The notes beneath the pieces were generated by a model. It was not told the origin of the DNA, did no database searches, and saw only the letters and a program-made list of their open reading frames with translations. The position numbers and the translations under genes were made by a program. DNA of 63,104 nt, filler included, from Octopus bimaculoides (lineage: Eukaryota): the NCBI RefSeq assembly GCF_001194135.2. It is 9 parts of 7 records of this genome, joined end to end, with 100 filler letters (N's around TTAATTAATTAA, not from the genome) between each part and the next. Parts side by side here need not be neighbours in the genome. Positions count along the whole stretch, not along the records: positions 45,362 to 52,327 come from NC_068991.1; positions 52,428 to 60,745 come from NC_068993.1; 7 more parts are not named here. One strand, 5' to 3'. Shown here piece after piece: positions 48,040-60,282 of the stretch. Numbering within the stretch: position 1 is the first letter of the stretch; the number at the start of each line of letters is the position of its first letter.

Positions 48040-48105
<66 letters not shown>

Positions 48106-48130
48106 AAGAAGAAGAAGAAGAAGAAGAATT
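47662..48130. repeat. Compound trinucleotide mosaic (TCA/TCG/GCA/ATT/AAG) with 9-bp TCATTAGCA x5
   Basis: Directly visible. Confidence 0.9.
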
Positions 48131-48304
48131 CCTTATTCTAATCTATGATGGTGCCTTGTTTATAATCTTCCAGATTCCTCGTTTTCCTTCTCTTCCTTTT
48201 CTCTATTTAAATTCTTTAAATCAACATTAGCGTTATCAATGTCTCACATCATCTTCATTTCATCATTTCAGTACCATGCATAGTAAAATAAAATCATCAT
48301 CATC

Positions 48305-48335
<31 letters not shown>

Positions 48336-48913
48336 CCCTCGACATCTTTATCTTTCTTATTATTATTGTTATTATCATCAACATTCGTGGCAAATAAAAG
48401 ATATTATCATTGTTATTATCATTATCATTGTCATCATCATCATCACTATTCGTTACTACTAATACTAATACTACTATTATTGTTATTATCATCATCATCA
48501 TTATTATTATTATCATTATTATTGTTGTTGTTGTCGTCGTTATCGTTGTTGTTGTTCTTCTTCTTCTCACTACTACTACCACCACTACTATCTTTAAAAA
48601 GTGCTGAGTTAGGCGAGGCAGTGGAGTGATGGTAATAGCCAGTACATTACCATTATCTTTGAGCCATGTGAAAGTGCTTCAAGTTTCAATTGCAATATTT
48701 GAAGAAGAAAAAACATGTTATCAGCAACCGCTGTTGTATGCTGTATGTATGTGTTTATGTATGTATGTATGTATGTATGTATGTATGCATGTATGTATGT
48801 ATGTATTTATGTATGTATTATGTATGTGTGGGTGTATGTATATGCGATATATGTACATATATATACATACATATATACCTACATATATACATATACATAT
48901 ATGTATATATGTA

Positions 48914-48958
<45 letters not shown>

Positions 48959-49583
48959 GTACACACATACTTACATACATACATACATACATACATACAT
49001 GCATGCATGCATGCGTACATATATACATACATACACATTACACCACACTACAAACATACATACATACATACATACATACATACATACACACCGCACCACA
49101 CACATGCATAGATACATACATACATACATTCAGACAGACAGACAGACAGACATACACTTACGTGCACACGAATGTTTGTGTGTTTGCCTGTCTGACTACG
49201 TATGTGTGTGAGTGTAAGCGATTGCGTAAGATTTTATAAAAATGAGGAACAGCGAATTGAAGCGAATGTATTATAATCATTGAAATTGGTGAGGATATTT
49301 TCAAAATTGATAACTCTTTGTTAACTCTAGATATTTGTTTACCATCCATTAGATGATGGAACACTTCATCGCAGTTCTAGTTAAGAATTATACACATGCC
49401 TCTCTGTGCGTGCATGTGGTTATATATGCATATGCAGCCATATTCAAACATCTACCATACAAACATACACACACGTGCAGACATACACATGCTTGCTTAT
49501 ATATATATATATATATTTATATATACATACATACATACATATATATATTATATGTACATATTTGTGTGTTTCTGTAAGTATAG

Positions 49584-49622
<39 letters not shown>

Positions 49623-50138
49623 NNNNNNNNNNNNNNNNNNNNNNNNNNNNNNNNNNNNNNNNNNNNNNNNNNNNNNNNNNNNNNNNNNNNNNNNNNNNNN
49701 NNNNNNNNNNNNNNNNNNNNNNNNNNNNNNNNNNNNNNNNNNNNNNNNNNNNNNNNNNNNNNNNNNNNNNNNNNNNNNNNNNNNNNNNNNNNNNNNNNNN
49801 NNNNNNNNNNNNNNNNNNNNNNNNNNNNNNNNNNNNNNNNNNNNNNNNNNNNNNNNNNNNNNNNNNNNNNNNNNNNNNNNNNNNNNNNNNNNNNNNNNNN
49901 NNNNNNNNNNNNNNNNNNNNNNNNNNNNNNNNNNNNNNNNNNNNNNNNNNNNNNNNNNNNNNNNNNNNNNNNNNNNNNNNNNNNNNNNNNNNNNNNNNNN
50001 NNNNNNNNNNNNNNNNNNNNNNNNNNNNNNNNNNNNNNNNNNNNNNNNNNNNNNNNNNNNNNNNNNNNNNNNNNNNNNNNNNNNNATATATTATACTCAT
50101 GTATATGGATATATATATATATACTTATATATAATATA

Positions 50139-50175
<37 letters not shown>

Positions 50176-50221
50176 CGTGTGTGTGTGTGTGTATGAATGT
50201 ATGTATATGCATGTGTGTGTG

Positions 50222-50282
<61 letters not shown>

Positions 50283-50460
50283 CATCATCTGATCGAGCTT
50301 AGTCGGACATTTCTAGTCCACGCATACCATTCATCTCCGTCCTGCATTAGTCGAGATACTGAGTTGATCTATGTACGTTGTGTTCTTTGTACGTTGTATT
50401 CGACCTGGTTTGGTTCGAGCATGCTTAGGCATCTATAGCAGTTCGTCACTTGCTAGTAAC
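50283..50460 (-). mobile_element. RTE-like LINE extreme 3' end with (GAT) tail, different family
   Basis: LASDELL*MPKHARTKPGR...TYIDQL...QDGDEWYAWTRNVRLSSIR*. Confidence 0.55.
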
Positions 50461-51060
50461 TCGAGAGCAAAGCACCGCAGGGCGCAAGCGCCTTTTTCTT
50501 CTTATGGATGAAACATGTAGGTGATCTCCATACAGCTGATTCTTGATGGCATGAGTTCCCCACGATATGTTTAAGACTGCTTTTAACATTCGAGTGTAAG
50601 TTCCATCTAGCTAGAATACCAGTATTTTTTCTCTGTGCATGTGTGTGTGTGTGTGTGTTTGTTTGTGCGCGCGCGCGGTGTGCATGTATTTCCAATATCT
50701 AAGACAAGATGTTTTTAGTTTGCATGAATTTTCTCCGGTGGATTCAGGTCGCTTTTTGAACAATCTCGTTCCTGACTGCTAATAGAAGCAAATATTTCTA
50801 CTCGCCTTAAACGTCGAGTATGCGTAAGTATCCTCTAGATATCCAGAAGTTAACATAAGTTGAAGATGAACATGTTTTCACTATATTTACTTCATCAAGA
50901 TTCGTTTTCATAGGCCCAGCCAATTTCTGACCAGTTGTTAAACAATCTCAATGAATTCATGTGTTGTGTAATGAATTAAGACAGGAATTCATTGAGATTG
51001 AGAGGTTCACATGTGTCTTGTTGCTATATATATGTTTATTCATGTGTGTGTTTACATATA

Positions 51061-51095
<35 letters not shown>

Positions 51096-51364
51096 GTGTA
51101 TGCACGTATGTCTACATATGTATGTATGTATGTATACGCGTTACTACTGGGGGGTTTTCCTAGATCTTTTGCCAATGAATCTAAACGAGATCCATGGCTC
51201 CTTCACTCGGATTTTAAACATCAACAAAGTATTTGTGCATGTTTGCGTGCAAGTGTGCAATAAATGGCCTGGAGTCAGTGCATGCGCAGATTTGTATGTT
51301 TTAGTTTATGTACGTATTCTGATGCATAAAGCTCCATATCTAGACCCGTCCATATGTACTCGTA

Positions 51365-51755
51365 TACTAAACTTTTAGGAAGTTTTACATATTTTAACTA
51401 TTCCATTGATGGCTTATATTTGTAATATAATTTAGCTTTCACTTTTCTGGTTCTGAGAAGCCTAGTTTTTAAACATCGTTGCTGGGGCGGTTTCTTACAT
51501 ATCCCAGTGTCCCAATAATTACGGGTATAAATGTGAACTTGTAACCTGAGTAGAGTAGCTGCAAATTTCCCGATAGCTTAGTGTAGATGGTCTCTTTTTC
51601 ACTGTTCTTTAGCTTTATGTTGACGTCCACTGGACAGGTAATTTAAACTCCTATACGAGTACTTAGTTTCACACTTAGTTTCTCTTCTAAGTCCCAATTC
51701 ACTATGTCTGATCTATTATGTTTGCATTTCATTAAGGTTTTCACTGGAACATTCC
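51365..51755 (-). mobile_element. RLE-type LINE C-terminal endonuclease remnant, third subfamily
   Basis: WWNVPVKTLMKCKHNRSDIV.WDLEEK..CPVDVNIKLKNSEKETIY..LQLLYSGYKFTFIPVIIGTLGYV, i.e. RPD..E..CP..K..Y..P.IIG.LG architecture. Confidence 0.7.
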
Positions 51756-51796
51756 ACCAAAGAGAAAAAAATAACGAATCTACCCGGCTTTGATTA

Positions 51797-51867
51797 ACTG
51801 TGTACGCGTTTCAGAATTAAAGAGATGTAAAAATATATTACTCACTTACTTCCATCATCAGCACAGT
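51797..51867 (-). ncRNA. Minimal type I hammerhead motif in the left arm
   Basis: ACUGUG-CUGAUGA-U-GGAA..long loop..UUCU-GAAA-CGCG-UA-CACAGU: 6-bp helix I, palindromic ACGCGU, GUA triplet. Confidence 0.65.
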
Positions 51868-52004
51868 ATTTCAAATTATAAATCCTTCAAGAATGCTAAT
51901 AATTAAGAATATGCATTCGACCAAGGGCCAGCGATGTTCGATGGTGCTTGGTCGAATGCATATTCTTAATTATTAGCATTCTTGGAGGATTTATAATTTG
52001 AAAT

Positions 52005-52071
52005 ACTGTGCTGATGATGGAACTGAGTAATATATTTTTACATCTCTTTAATCCTGAAACGCGTTCACAAT
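52005..52071 (+). ncRNA. Mirror hammerhead motif in the right arm
   Basis: ACUGUG-CUGAUGA-U-GGAA..UCCU-GAAA-CGCG-UU-CACAAU; one mismatch each in helices I and II. Confidence 0.55.
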
Positions 52072-52426
52072 TAATCAAAGCCGGGTGGATTCGTTATTTT
52101 TTTCTTTTTTGCCTGTGTGAGTTGCGAGTGCTTCTGTTGGGGAGATATATTATGGTAGTGGGATAGTGTTTTAACTGCTATTTCTAAATTCCGGTATGTG
52201 GTGAAGCAATTTTTACTGAACTCTTATAATAATTATGCTTATAATTATAAAACTTTTGTGTGAGTTTACCGCAATTATTAATTATTAATTTTACTCTATA
52301 TCTGTATATATAAATATATATATATATNNNNNNNNNNNNNNNNNNNNNNNNNNNNNNNNNNNNNNNNNNNNTTAATTAATTAANNNNNNNNNNNNNNNNN
52401 NNNNNNNNNNNNNNNNNNNNNNNNNN

Positions 52427-52507
52427 NTGAAGAGGGGAGGAGGGTTAGATGAAGAGGGGAGGAGGGTTAGATGAAGAGGGGAGGAGGGTTAGATGAAGAG
52501 GGGAGGA
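52427..52507. repeat. 22-bp tandem repeat (TGAAGAGGGGAGGAGGGTTAGA), ~3.5 copies
   Basis: Directly visible; pyrimidine-rich on the minus strand just after the GIY-YIG remnant. Confidence 0.9.
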
Positions 52508-52740
52508 GCGTTGAGCCCATGTGGTGCAAAGGAGCGAAGAAAGAAGATTAATCTCTGTTCACGGCGAAAACGGGAGTCCGGATGGCCCCTGTGCAAGGAC
52601 AATCCGAACACAGACAGGTGTTGCAAAGAGTGACCGGTAGAGCGGATATGGCACGAGACCGGGGCGTTATTGCCGAGTCAAATGTCTCAGAGGTGTGCTG
52701 CGAACCGGTCGGCCAAGCGGTGTCCCGTTTGCCCGATGCA
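52503..52740 (-). pseudogene. Penelope-like element GIY-YIG endonuclease C-terminal remnant
   Basis: CIGQTGHRLADRFAAHL*DI*LGNNAPVSCHIRSTGHS...RREQRLIFFLRSFAPHGLN matches the IG.T.R.L..RF.EH / PVA.HF...GHS / REQ..I......P.GLN pattern. Confidence 0.8.
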
Positions 52741-53017
52741 TTGCTGGTCAAGAAAAGCTCTGATCTTAAAAGCTGTTCCAGTTATGATCATTTCATCGTT
52801 GCATATGGTATAATTTATCTTAAGACTAATATGCTCTCTTTTAAGACAGTAGATTATGATAGACGCCATTCGCACGGAAGTCGATTATTAATTTGTAAAG
52901 GTTGCTAAATATTTAATATCATATATCATATTTATCATGGCATACATGATAAATAATAACGTATGCCGTTATTATTTATCATGGCATACAAGAATATCAA
53001 GTATGCCATGATAAATA

Positions 53018-53217
53018 ACAATGGTTTCATATTTTGACTTATGCCTAGTAATTTCTGAGGGGACAGGTAAGTCGATTACATCGACCCCTAGTATCGAACC
53101 CGAAAGGATGACAGGCAAATTCGACCCCGGCGGAATTTGAACTCAGAACTTTGAAGTCGGAAGAAATGTTGTTAAGCATGTCCGACACGCTAACAATTCC
53201 GCCAGCTAGGCGTCTTT
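53018..53217 (-). mobile_element. SINE family B with 10-bp TSD-like ATGATAAATA (53008-53017 / 53218-53227), followed by a + strand SINE B fragment at 53228-53300
   Basis: Reverse-strand B core and head; direct repeat visible. Confidence 0.75.
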
Positions 53218-53341
53218 ATGATAAATAATAACTGGGATCGATGTAATCAACTTAACCTCTCCATCGGAATTTCTGGCTTTGTGCCAAAATTTAAAACCAA
53301 TACTTACCTCAATTAAAAGTGGATACTGACTTCGATAGTTA

Positions 53342-53547
53342 CCATGAGAGAACCTTCCGTTATGGGCTTTTGTTGTATATAAATACTCTTGTTTACAATG
53401 CTAGCGGGAGATAAATCACCCGCCATCGCCACCGCCGAGACTACCAGATCATGTGATTTCGGCCTTCCCTGGCCTTGTCAATGGTAGACACTTGACAGCT
53501 TGAGATAGCAGATGTACCAAAAGCCCATACGAGAGGTTCTCTCATGT
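53342..53547. mobile_element. ~205-bp MITE with ~29-bp imperfect TIRs
   Basis: CATGAGAGAACCTTCCGTTATGGGCTTT ... AAAGCCCATACGAGAGGTTCTCTCATG. Confidence 0.7.
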
Positions 53548-55425
53548 TAAATAATTCAGTATTCTGTGTTCTAACACAACATCTACTTTTAAGTGGGGAT
53601 AAATAGTACCTTTTCGATATTAATACTGCTTCTATCGCTATTAATTACTTTTTGAAAGGTTTCCAATTTTTGTTAGGCCTTCAGGAGAAAAATTAAAATA
53701 TAGAGCCTTGAAGCTTTTTATAGTCTGAAGTTCACCCAGTCTAAATCCGGCACTGTCTTAGGCTAAATCACTGTAATGACAACCACATCAATAGTACCAA
53801 TAATCATCTAACGAAAGAACCTTTATGCAGTCATGTAAGAAATAACAGTCAAATCTCCCTTGAATCAAGCAATATTGCCATAAATAATGAAAGTACATAT
53901 TGGATATTACGCTCCTAAGCAGTCTACGAGATGGAAAGTCATGATGGTTACAGCAAGAACGTATTTGATAAGTTTGCTCATTGTCACCAGTAACAACACC
54001 AACAACAACAAACCAAAGAGAGGGAGTGAGAGAGCGCGGGCGAAAGGGAGCCGTTACGCAGGTCACTGATTTACTAGAAATAGCAGTTGAATCTCCCTTA
54101 TATCGCACTCTAATGACTTAAAGAAAGAGAAGGCATATTGCAAAATATAGACCTCGTGACTCAATAACTGAAACTAAAAATGGCTACATCAAGCACATTT
54201 GATCATGGGTTTATTTGAAGAGGATTGACCTTGGGTCAAATTACAACAGCAGCAATACCAGCAATAAACCACTGAAGAATTCATGACTTCTCGTGAGAAA
54301 CAGCTGCCAAATGCACCACAAATCACACTTCTGCCATCTGACATTGAAAAATGAAGAACACATTAAACGATGTGATCTTAAACACATGACTTATAACGGA
54401 AAAATAAAAAAATAAATGGGATGGTCACGACTGGGTTTAAACACCAACATTAGTAACTGCCCTACAAACAATTGTTTTCCATCGGTTAAAAGTAGCGGTC
54501 AAATCTCCACATAACACACTGTCATTTGTTAAATAAAAAAGAGGAACATATTAAATAATTGGTCCCTAGACACTAAGGGTTAGTTGTGTATTCAGTCCTC
54601 GGACTCATAAAACCGGAGTTTAACCCGGAGTCTATAACGTAGAGCGTAGAGTACGCTGGTTTGTCGCAGGGGTAACTTCCCAACTATCGCAGGGTTACTA
54701 ATTTACAGGAGACCAAATCACAATCTTACGATCATCAGTGCAACGCCGTGACCACTAAGCCACGCGCCTTCATCCTACGCGTCAACACAAGAAAATTTGA
54801 AAGTGAAAGTAAAATGCGATAGAATGATCACAGCAGGAACGAACGTGGGTGATCATAAGTCTTCTCAATCAGAGCTGACCTGGGGCTAAACAACAATATC
54901 GTGGGGAGAAGGACAGGAAAAATCAAGAATAATAATGACAACCACTACAAATAATAACAATTAGAAATTCAATTTTCTTTTGTTTTGGTTCATTATTCTA
55001 GTCTGCACCACTTCAGTCAGAGAAAAAAGAATTCTTTCCCTTAGGAAATATTTTAGCAGTTCCAAAGTGTTGGAGCGAATCAAACATTCCAGTGCTGTAC
55101 TCTTCTATCGTTGCTTGGTTTTTATTTGTTTTTGGTTTTTCAAGGTAGAACGAAAGATTCTTGGGGAGTAAAATTTGCGTTCCAGCCTTGCTGCCAATTC
55201 TTTTTGCTCTTTTTTTTTTATATTTTATTTATTTTTCACTTTATTTCTTGTAATTCTTTTTGTTTTTCTGAAAGTTCTCTCTCAAAACTTCTATGATGTT
55301 GTCAAATTTTCCAGAATTCCTTCAGGCTAAAATGTTCCAGTCACCAAATAATAGCCACGTCACTCATAAAATAATCATTAGTTATTGTTATTTGGGTTTT
55401 ATTTATGATCATTATTATTATTGGT

Positions 55426-55600
55426 TAGACGCCGAGCTGGCAGAATTGGTAGTACGTCTGGCAAAATGCTTAGCAGCATTTCGTCCGCTTTTATGTTCTG
55501 AGTTCAAATTCCACCAAGGTCAACTTTATCAGTTGAGCAGTCGATTCAACAGTTCCGCAGAAATTGCTGGCATTGTGCTAAAATCTAAAACTATTATTAT
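55426..55600 (+). mobile_element. SINE family B with internal deletion
   Basis: GAGCTGGCAGAATTG..AAATGCTTAGCAGCATTTCGTCC..GTTCTGAGTTCAAATTCCACC. Confidence 0.75.
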
Positions 55601-55639
55601 TGTTAAGGCAACGAGTTAGCAGACACATTAACACACCGG

Positions 55640-55787
55640 GATTCTTTCAGTTTCTGTCTACTATTTTCACTGACAAGACTTTGGTCGGCTCGAGGCTATA
55701 ATAGAAGACACTTTCCCAAGATGCCATTTAGTGAGACTGAACCCAAGACAACATGGTTGGAAGTAAGTTTCTTACACCACAACCACA
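55640..55787 (-). mobile_element. SINE family A 5' half
   Basis: Reverse of 45064-45227. Confidence 0.7.
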
Positions 55788-56204
55788 AAGAAATTTTTGA
55801 AAACATAACATTTCAAAATCTGATCCAGGTTATGTTTCTGGTCCACGAAAAATCTTCTATGCATCGTTTGAGAAGCTAGAAATAGCAGCTAAATATTTCT
55901 TAAATCAGATTTTACCATGTTGATAGGAAAGGAGGAAAGCACACCTCGAAGAATGAAGTATTAGATACATGAAAAAGAGATGAGGAGGTCACGAGTAGAA
56001 CGCCTAGATCATAGGTCTCTACGATGACCTGGAGCCTAGATCATAGGTCCCACGATGACCTGGGGATGGTCATTACAACAACAATAACAGAAGCGTAAGA
56101 AAAGAAACTCGAAGAAAAATCTAGGCCTAAAGACAGAAAAACCGTGGTGGCCACGATCGGAACATTTTGTCCGTAGTTGCGTTAGATCTGAAGTATCCCG
56201 GGGC

Positions 56205-56595
56205 TTTTGTTGTTGTTCGCACTCCGTCGCTTACGACGTCGAGGGTTCCAGTTGATCCGATCAACGGAACAGCCTGCTCGTGAAATTAACGTGCAAGTGG
56301 CTGAGCACTCCACAGACACGTGTACCCTTAACGTAGTTCTCGAGGAGCTTCAGCGTGACACAGTGTGACAAGGCTGACCCTTTGAAATACAGGCACAGCA
56401 GAAACAGGAAGTAAGAGTGAGAGAAAGTTGTGGTGAGAGAGTACAGCAGAGTTCGCCACCATCCCCTGCCGGAGCCTCGTGGAGCTTTAGGTGTTTTCGC
56501 TCAATAAACACTCACAACGCCCGGTCTGGGAATCGAAACCGCGATCCTATGACCGCGAGTCCGCTGCTCTGACCACTGAGCCATTGCGCCTCCAC
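56205..56595 (-). mobile_element. SINE family C, full length, 10-bp TSD ATCCCGGGGC (56195-56204 / 56596-56605), (ACA)n tail
   Basis: Complete head-to-tail match with 34909-35284 plus flanking direct repeat. Confidence 0.93.
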
Positions 56596-57363
56596 ATCCC
56601 GGGGCCACATAGCAACAAAAGCAACAACAACGGCAGTAACGGAGACGTAGATTGTATAATGTCGTTTTAGATACACAGTATAAAAAGAGAAAAGGAAAAC
56701 GAGACGGTCACGATTGGATCACCATTGTTCGTAGGTCTGTCAGATCAGATCTGTCCTGGGGCTAAACACCAACGACAACAGCGGCAACAGAAACATCAAC
56801 AATAACAAGACACTCTAACTTTTACAAATACGACCTATTTTATGCCGTCGGCGTTTGAATACCGTAAGCGGCCTTTTCTCATTTTACAAAACTGCGCAGG
56901 CCACACGCAGGGAATTTTTAGAACCTTCTACAACTAAGGTTTTTCTCATTTCAGGCCATTATATATTTATCATGAAGAGAAAATAGCTGGCGGCAGGAGT
57001 CAGAATAACCAACGGTACAAACAAAGAAACCAACAAAGAAAATGTATATAAATGAATATATAAACGATAAAGTTTAGGGAAATGATAGGTAATCATTTCT
57101 TGATGCTCCTTATTCCATGATCCCTAACAATAACTGGTTTCTTGTCATCGCATCCTTGGAAAATATGTTATCATTACTGCAATGGCGGTTGATTGACGTC
57201 GCAGCTTCTGTTGAATAAATTAAAGGCCTCGTTGTAAATTGCTAACCACTTTCAGATATATCTAATCCCCCGTCGCATACACACAAACGCCGCCACCGAC
57301 TATTTATGGATGAGGTGTTTTACACATATACTTACAGACGCATACGCACATACAAACACACTA

Positions 57364-57413
<50 letters not shown>

Positions 57414-57431
57414 ATATAGATATAGATGGAT

Positions 57432-57472
<41 letters not shown>

Positions 57473-57789
57473 TACATGTATGTATGTTTGTATGTATGTA
57501 TGTATGTATGTATGTATGTATGAATGAATGTATGCATGCAATCATTACATTGAAATTTATGTGTGCGTATATGTGCGTACCGTTTGAACACTAAACTAAA
57601 CACACAAATAGAGAATCGTAACTATATATAAGTATATGTAAATATATACACATACATATACATATATGTGTGTGTATATAAGTATATGTGTGTGTGTGTG
57701 TGTGTGTATGTATATATACACACACATACATACGATATATGTATATATGCGTATATATATATAGATATAAGCCTAACGTTCAGCAAAGA

Positions 57790-58440
57790 CCCACGGTAAT
57801 ATTAATGAATCCTAGCAAAAGTGATATTGGGGAAATCAGTAAACAGTTTCTTGATAAACTAACACCCTAAATTTAAGGAGGTACCACTCGTATCACTGTG
57901 GCAAAATACGCAGGCAGTGACTTGTTGGTTTAACGTTATTCCTCATATTAATACCAAATTTTTACAATTTGATATTAGGAGGCATTACGCTTCTATTGCT
58001 TTTCCTCTTGTAAATGAGATCAGTATTCAAACGTTAACATTCTTCACCCAAGAAAAACGGTTCTACAGCACAAAGATGCACTGCGGAGTAAAGAAAAAAT
58101 GAACTACATAATCCTTTTGATTTAACAATGGGATCAACTTTCTTGGCAGAAATCAGTGACCACGTTGGTCTTTTCTAGCTTCACTAACTTAAATTTAAAT
58201 TCCTGCATTTCAAAAAGGAGGGCTATTCTGAGATGATTATATTTCATATTACATTTCAATAACTGTAACGTACAGTGAGGAGTAAGAATCCGAAAAGGCT
58301 AATGTGTATTTTTCAAAGAATTCGGATTTTTTTATCACTATTGAAACCAACACTCCTTGTGTAGATGTATAGATTTATAACATATGACGTTTCTAATTCC
58401 TTCTACTATTATTCTAGGAAACTAAAAGAATTTTAGCCAT
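57790..58440 (+). pseudogene. Decayed Penelope-like reverse transcriptase fragment (resembles Naiad-type RTs)
   Basis: LMNPSKSDIGEISKQFLDK; FLQFDIRRHYASI; FDLTMGSTFLAEISDHVGLFL; GLF*DD; ITIETN, collinear with LINPAKSEIG.ISK / FIQFDI..FYPSI / FDVTMGS.DGAE.CELVGL / GLYRDD / ITIE.N. Confidence 0.7.
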
Positions 58441-58779
58441 CCAGACAGATGGAGCATTTGAACACTGCAGACCAGATATCATTGTGTAAACAGAAGGAGA
58501 GACGTGAGCAGGGATACAAATGCGGATGGAAAGTGGCGCTAGCTTAGGAAGAATGACTTGAAATCAGTGTCATGTGCGTTTATCTGTCCTGTGCAGTAAC
58601 AAGCATTATGGACAAATTGCACCAAATGCTGTATTAACAAGTACTTGACTGGTACTTTTTTCGTCCTTGAAAGAAAGAAAGACGATGATGACTCCAGTTA
58701 GAACTGAACTCCGAACACAAGCAATCGGAACGAATACTGCAAAGCTTTCTTTCAGCTTGGTGCCATTAATTGCTTCTGA

Positions 58780-59470
58780 TTAAGGCATAAGGACAAGAAT
58801 TTTAGGGGAACAGTATTAGTTGGTACAATCGATCTCTTTTTTTGACTGGGACTTTACTTTATTGACTCTGAAAGGGTGAAAAGTAAGGTTGATCTCCGGT
58901 AGGATTTGAATTCACAACGTAAAGTGCCGGAAGAAATACAGTAACACATTTTTAAAATTTTTTTTATCTCGACACTGATGATTTTATCACTTCGCTGCTT
59001 TGAAATATAACATTGTTTCTAATCTAGAAACAAGGCCAGCGATCTGTGACGTAGCAAGAGGGGGAGACGGAGGAAGGGGCAACTAGGATAGCCCACCCTG
59101 CTTGACGCTTTTACGGGTGCAACACTTTTGGATCTGCTATATAAGCCTGTGTAGACTATTTCCGGGATAGGAAGTGGAAAACTTGAGGGCAGCTCTGCAG
59201 CGGCACACGCTTTAGCGGCACACGCTTTAGCGGCACACGCTTTAGCGGCACACGCTTTAGCGGCACCTCTGCCAGCAATTTTGGGACAAAAGATTTATTG
59301 ATTCATTACTACAATATCAGAACTCGACTGGTATTTTATCTTATTAACCTTCATCACCCCACCACCCCCACCCCAGCGAGGTGGCCACGGCCGGATTTGA
59401 TCTCCGAGCACAAAACGTAACATTAATAAATACTGGAAAATATTTTGTCGAAAACGTTTCGCCCAAGTGG
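58780..59470 (-). mobile_element. Decayed SINE B copies, one interrupted by a ~230-bp insert containing a 15-bp tandem repeat (GCGGCACACGCTTTA x4, 59200-59267)
   Basis: B core at 58860-58930; GCCAGCGA / GCCAGCAA flank the insert. Confidence 0.55.
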
Positions 59471-60117
59471 TTCTGTTATCGATCTAACCAAAACTGAGAA
59501 TATTTTAATGTGNNNNNNNNNNNNNNNNNNNNNNNNNNNNNNNNNNNNNNNNNNNNNNNNNNNNNNNNNNNNNNNNNNNNNNNNNNNNNNNNNNNNNNNN
59601 NNNNNNNNNNNNNNNNNNNNNNNNNNNNNNNNNNNNNNNNNNNNNNNNNNNNNNNNNNNNNNNNNNNNNNNNNNNNNNNNNNNNNNNNNNNNNNNNNNNN
59701 NNNNNNNNNNNNNNNNNNNNNNNNNNNNNNNNNNNNNNNNNNNNNNNNNNNNNNNNNNNNNNNNNNNNNNNNNNNNNNNNNNNNNNNNNNNNNNNNNNNN
59801 NNNNNNNNNNNNNNNNNNNNNNNNNNNNNNNNNNNNNNNNNNNNNNNNNNNNNNNNNNNNNNNNNNNNNNNNNNNNNNNNNNNNNNNNNNNNNNNNNNNN
59901 NNNNNNNNNNNNNNNNNNNNNNNNNNNNNNNNNNNNNNNNNNNNNNNNNNNNNNNNNNNNNNNNNNNNNNNNNNNNNNNNNNNNNNNNNNNNNNNNNNNN
60001 NNNNNNNNNNNNNNNNNNNNNNNNNNNNNNNNNNNNNNNNNNNNNNNNNNNNNNNNNNNNNNNNNNNNNNNNNNNNNNNNNNNNNNNNNNNNNNNNNNNN
60101 NNNNNNNNNNNNNNNNN

Positions 60118-60155
<38 letters not shown>

Positions 60156-60242
60156 ACGAAGAGAAATACATGAAATATGTACAATGTGCAAGTATATATG
60201 ATGTAAACACACACTCACACACATACATACACACACACACAC

Positions 60243-60282
<40 letters not shown>

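Larger units (their letters stand above)
51763..52105. repeat. Long inverted repeat, ~165-bp arms with a short spacer
   Basis: 51763-51930 pairs with 51942-52105 with scattered substitutions and one 4-nt indel. Confidence 0.95.
53730..56800 (+). repeat. Cluster of heavily decayed copies of an old interspersed repeat (family F)
   Basis: Recurrent AGAAATAGCAG..AAATCTCC (53841, 54076, 54296, 54489, 55878) and GACCTGGGGCTAAACAACAA (54875, 56750) motifs. Confidence 0.55.

Noticed and set aside
47583-48074. Acidic D-rich 163-aa ORF on the minus strand
   Set aside because: Entirely composed of trinucleotide and 9-bp repeats; no non-repetitive domain
49343-49376. 34-nt minus-strand exon-like segment (NCDEVFHHLMD)
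   Set aside because: Short AG...GT segments of this size arise often by chance; no independent support
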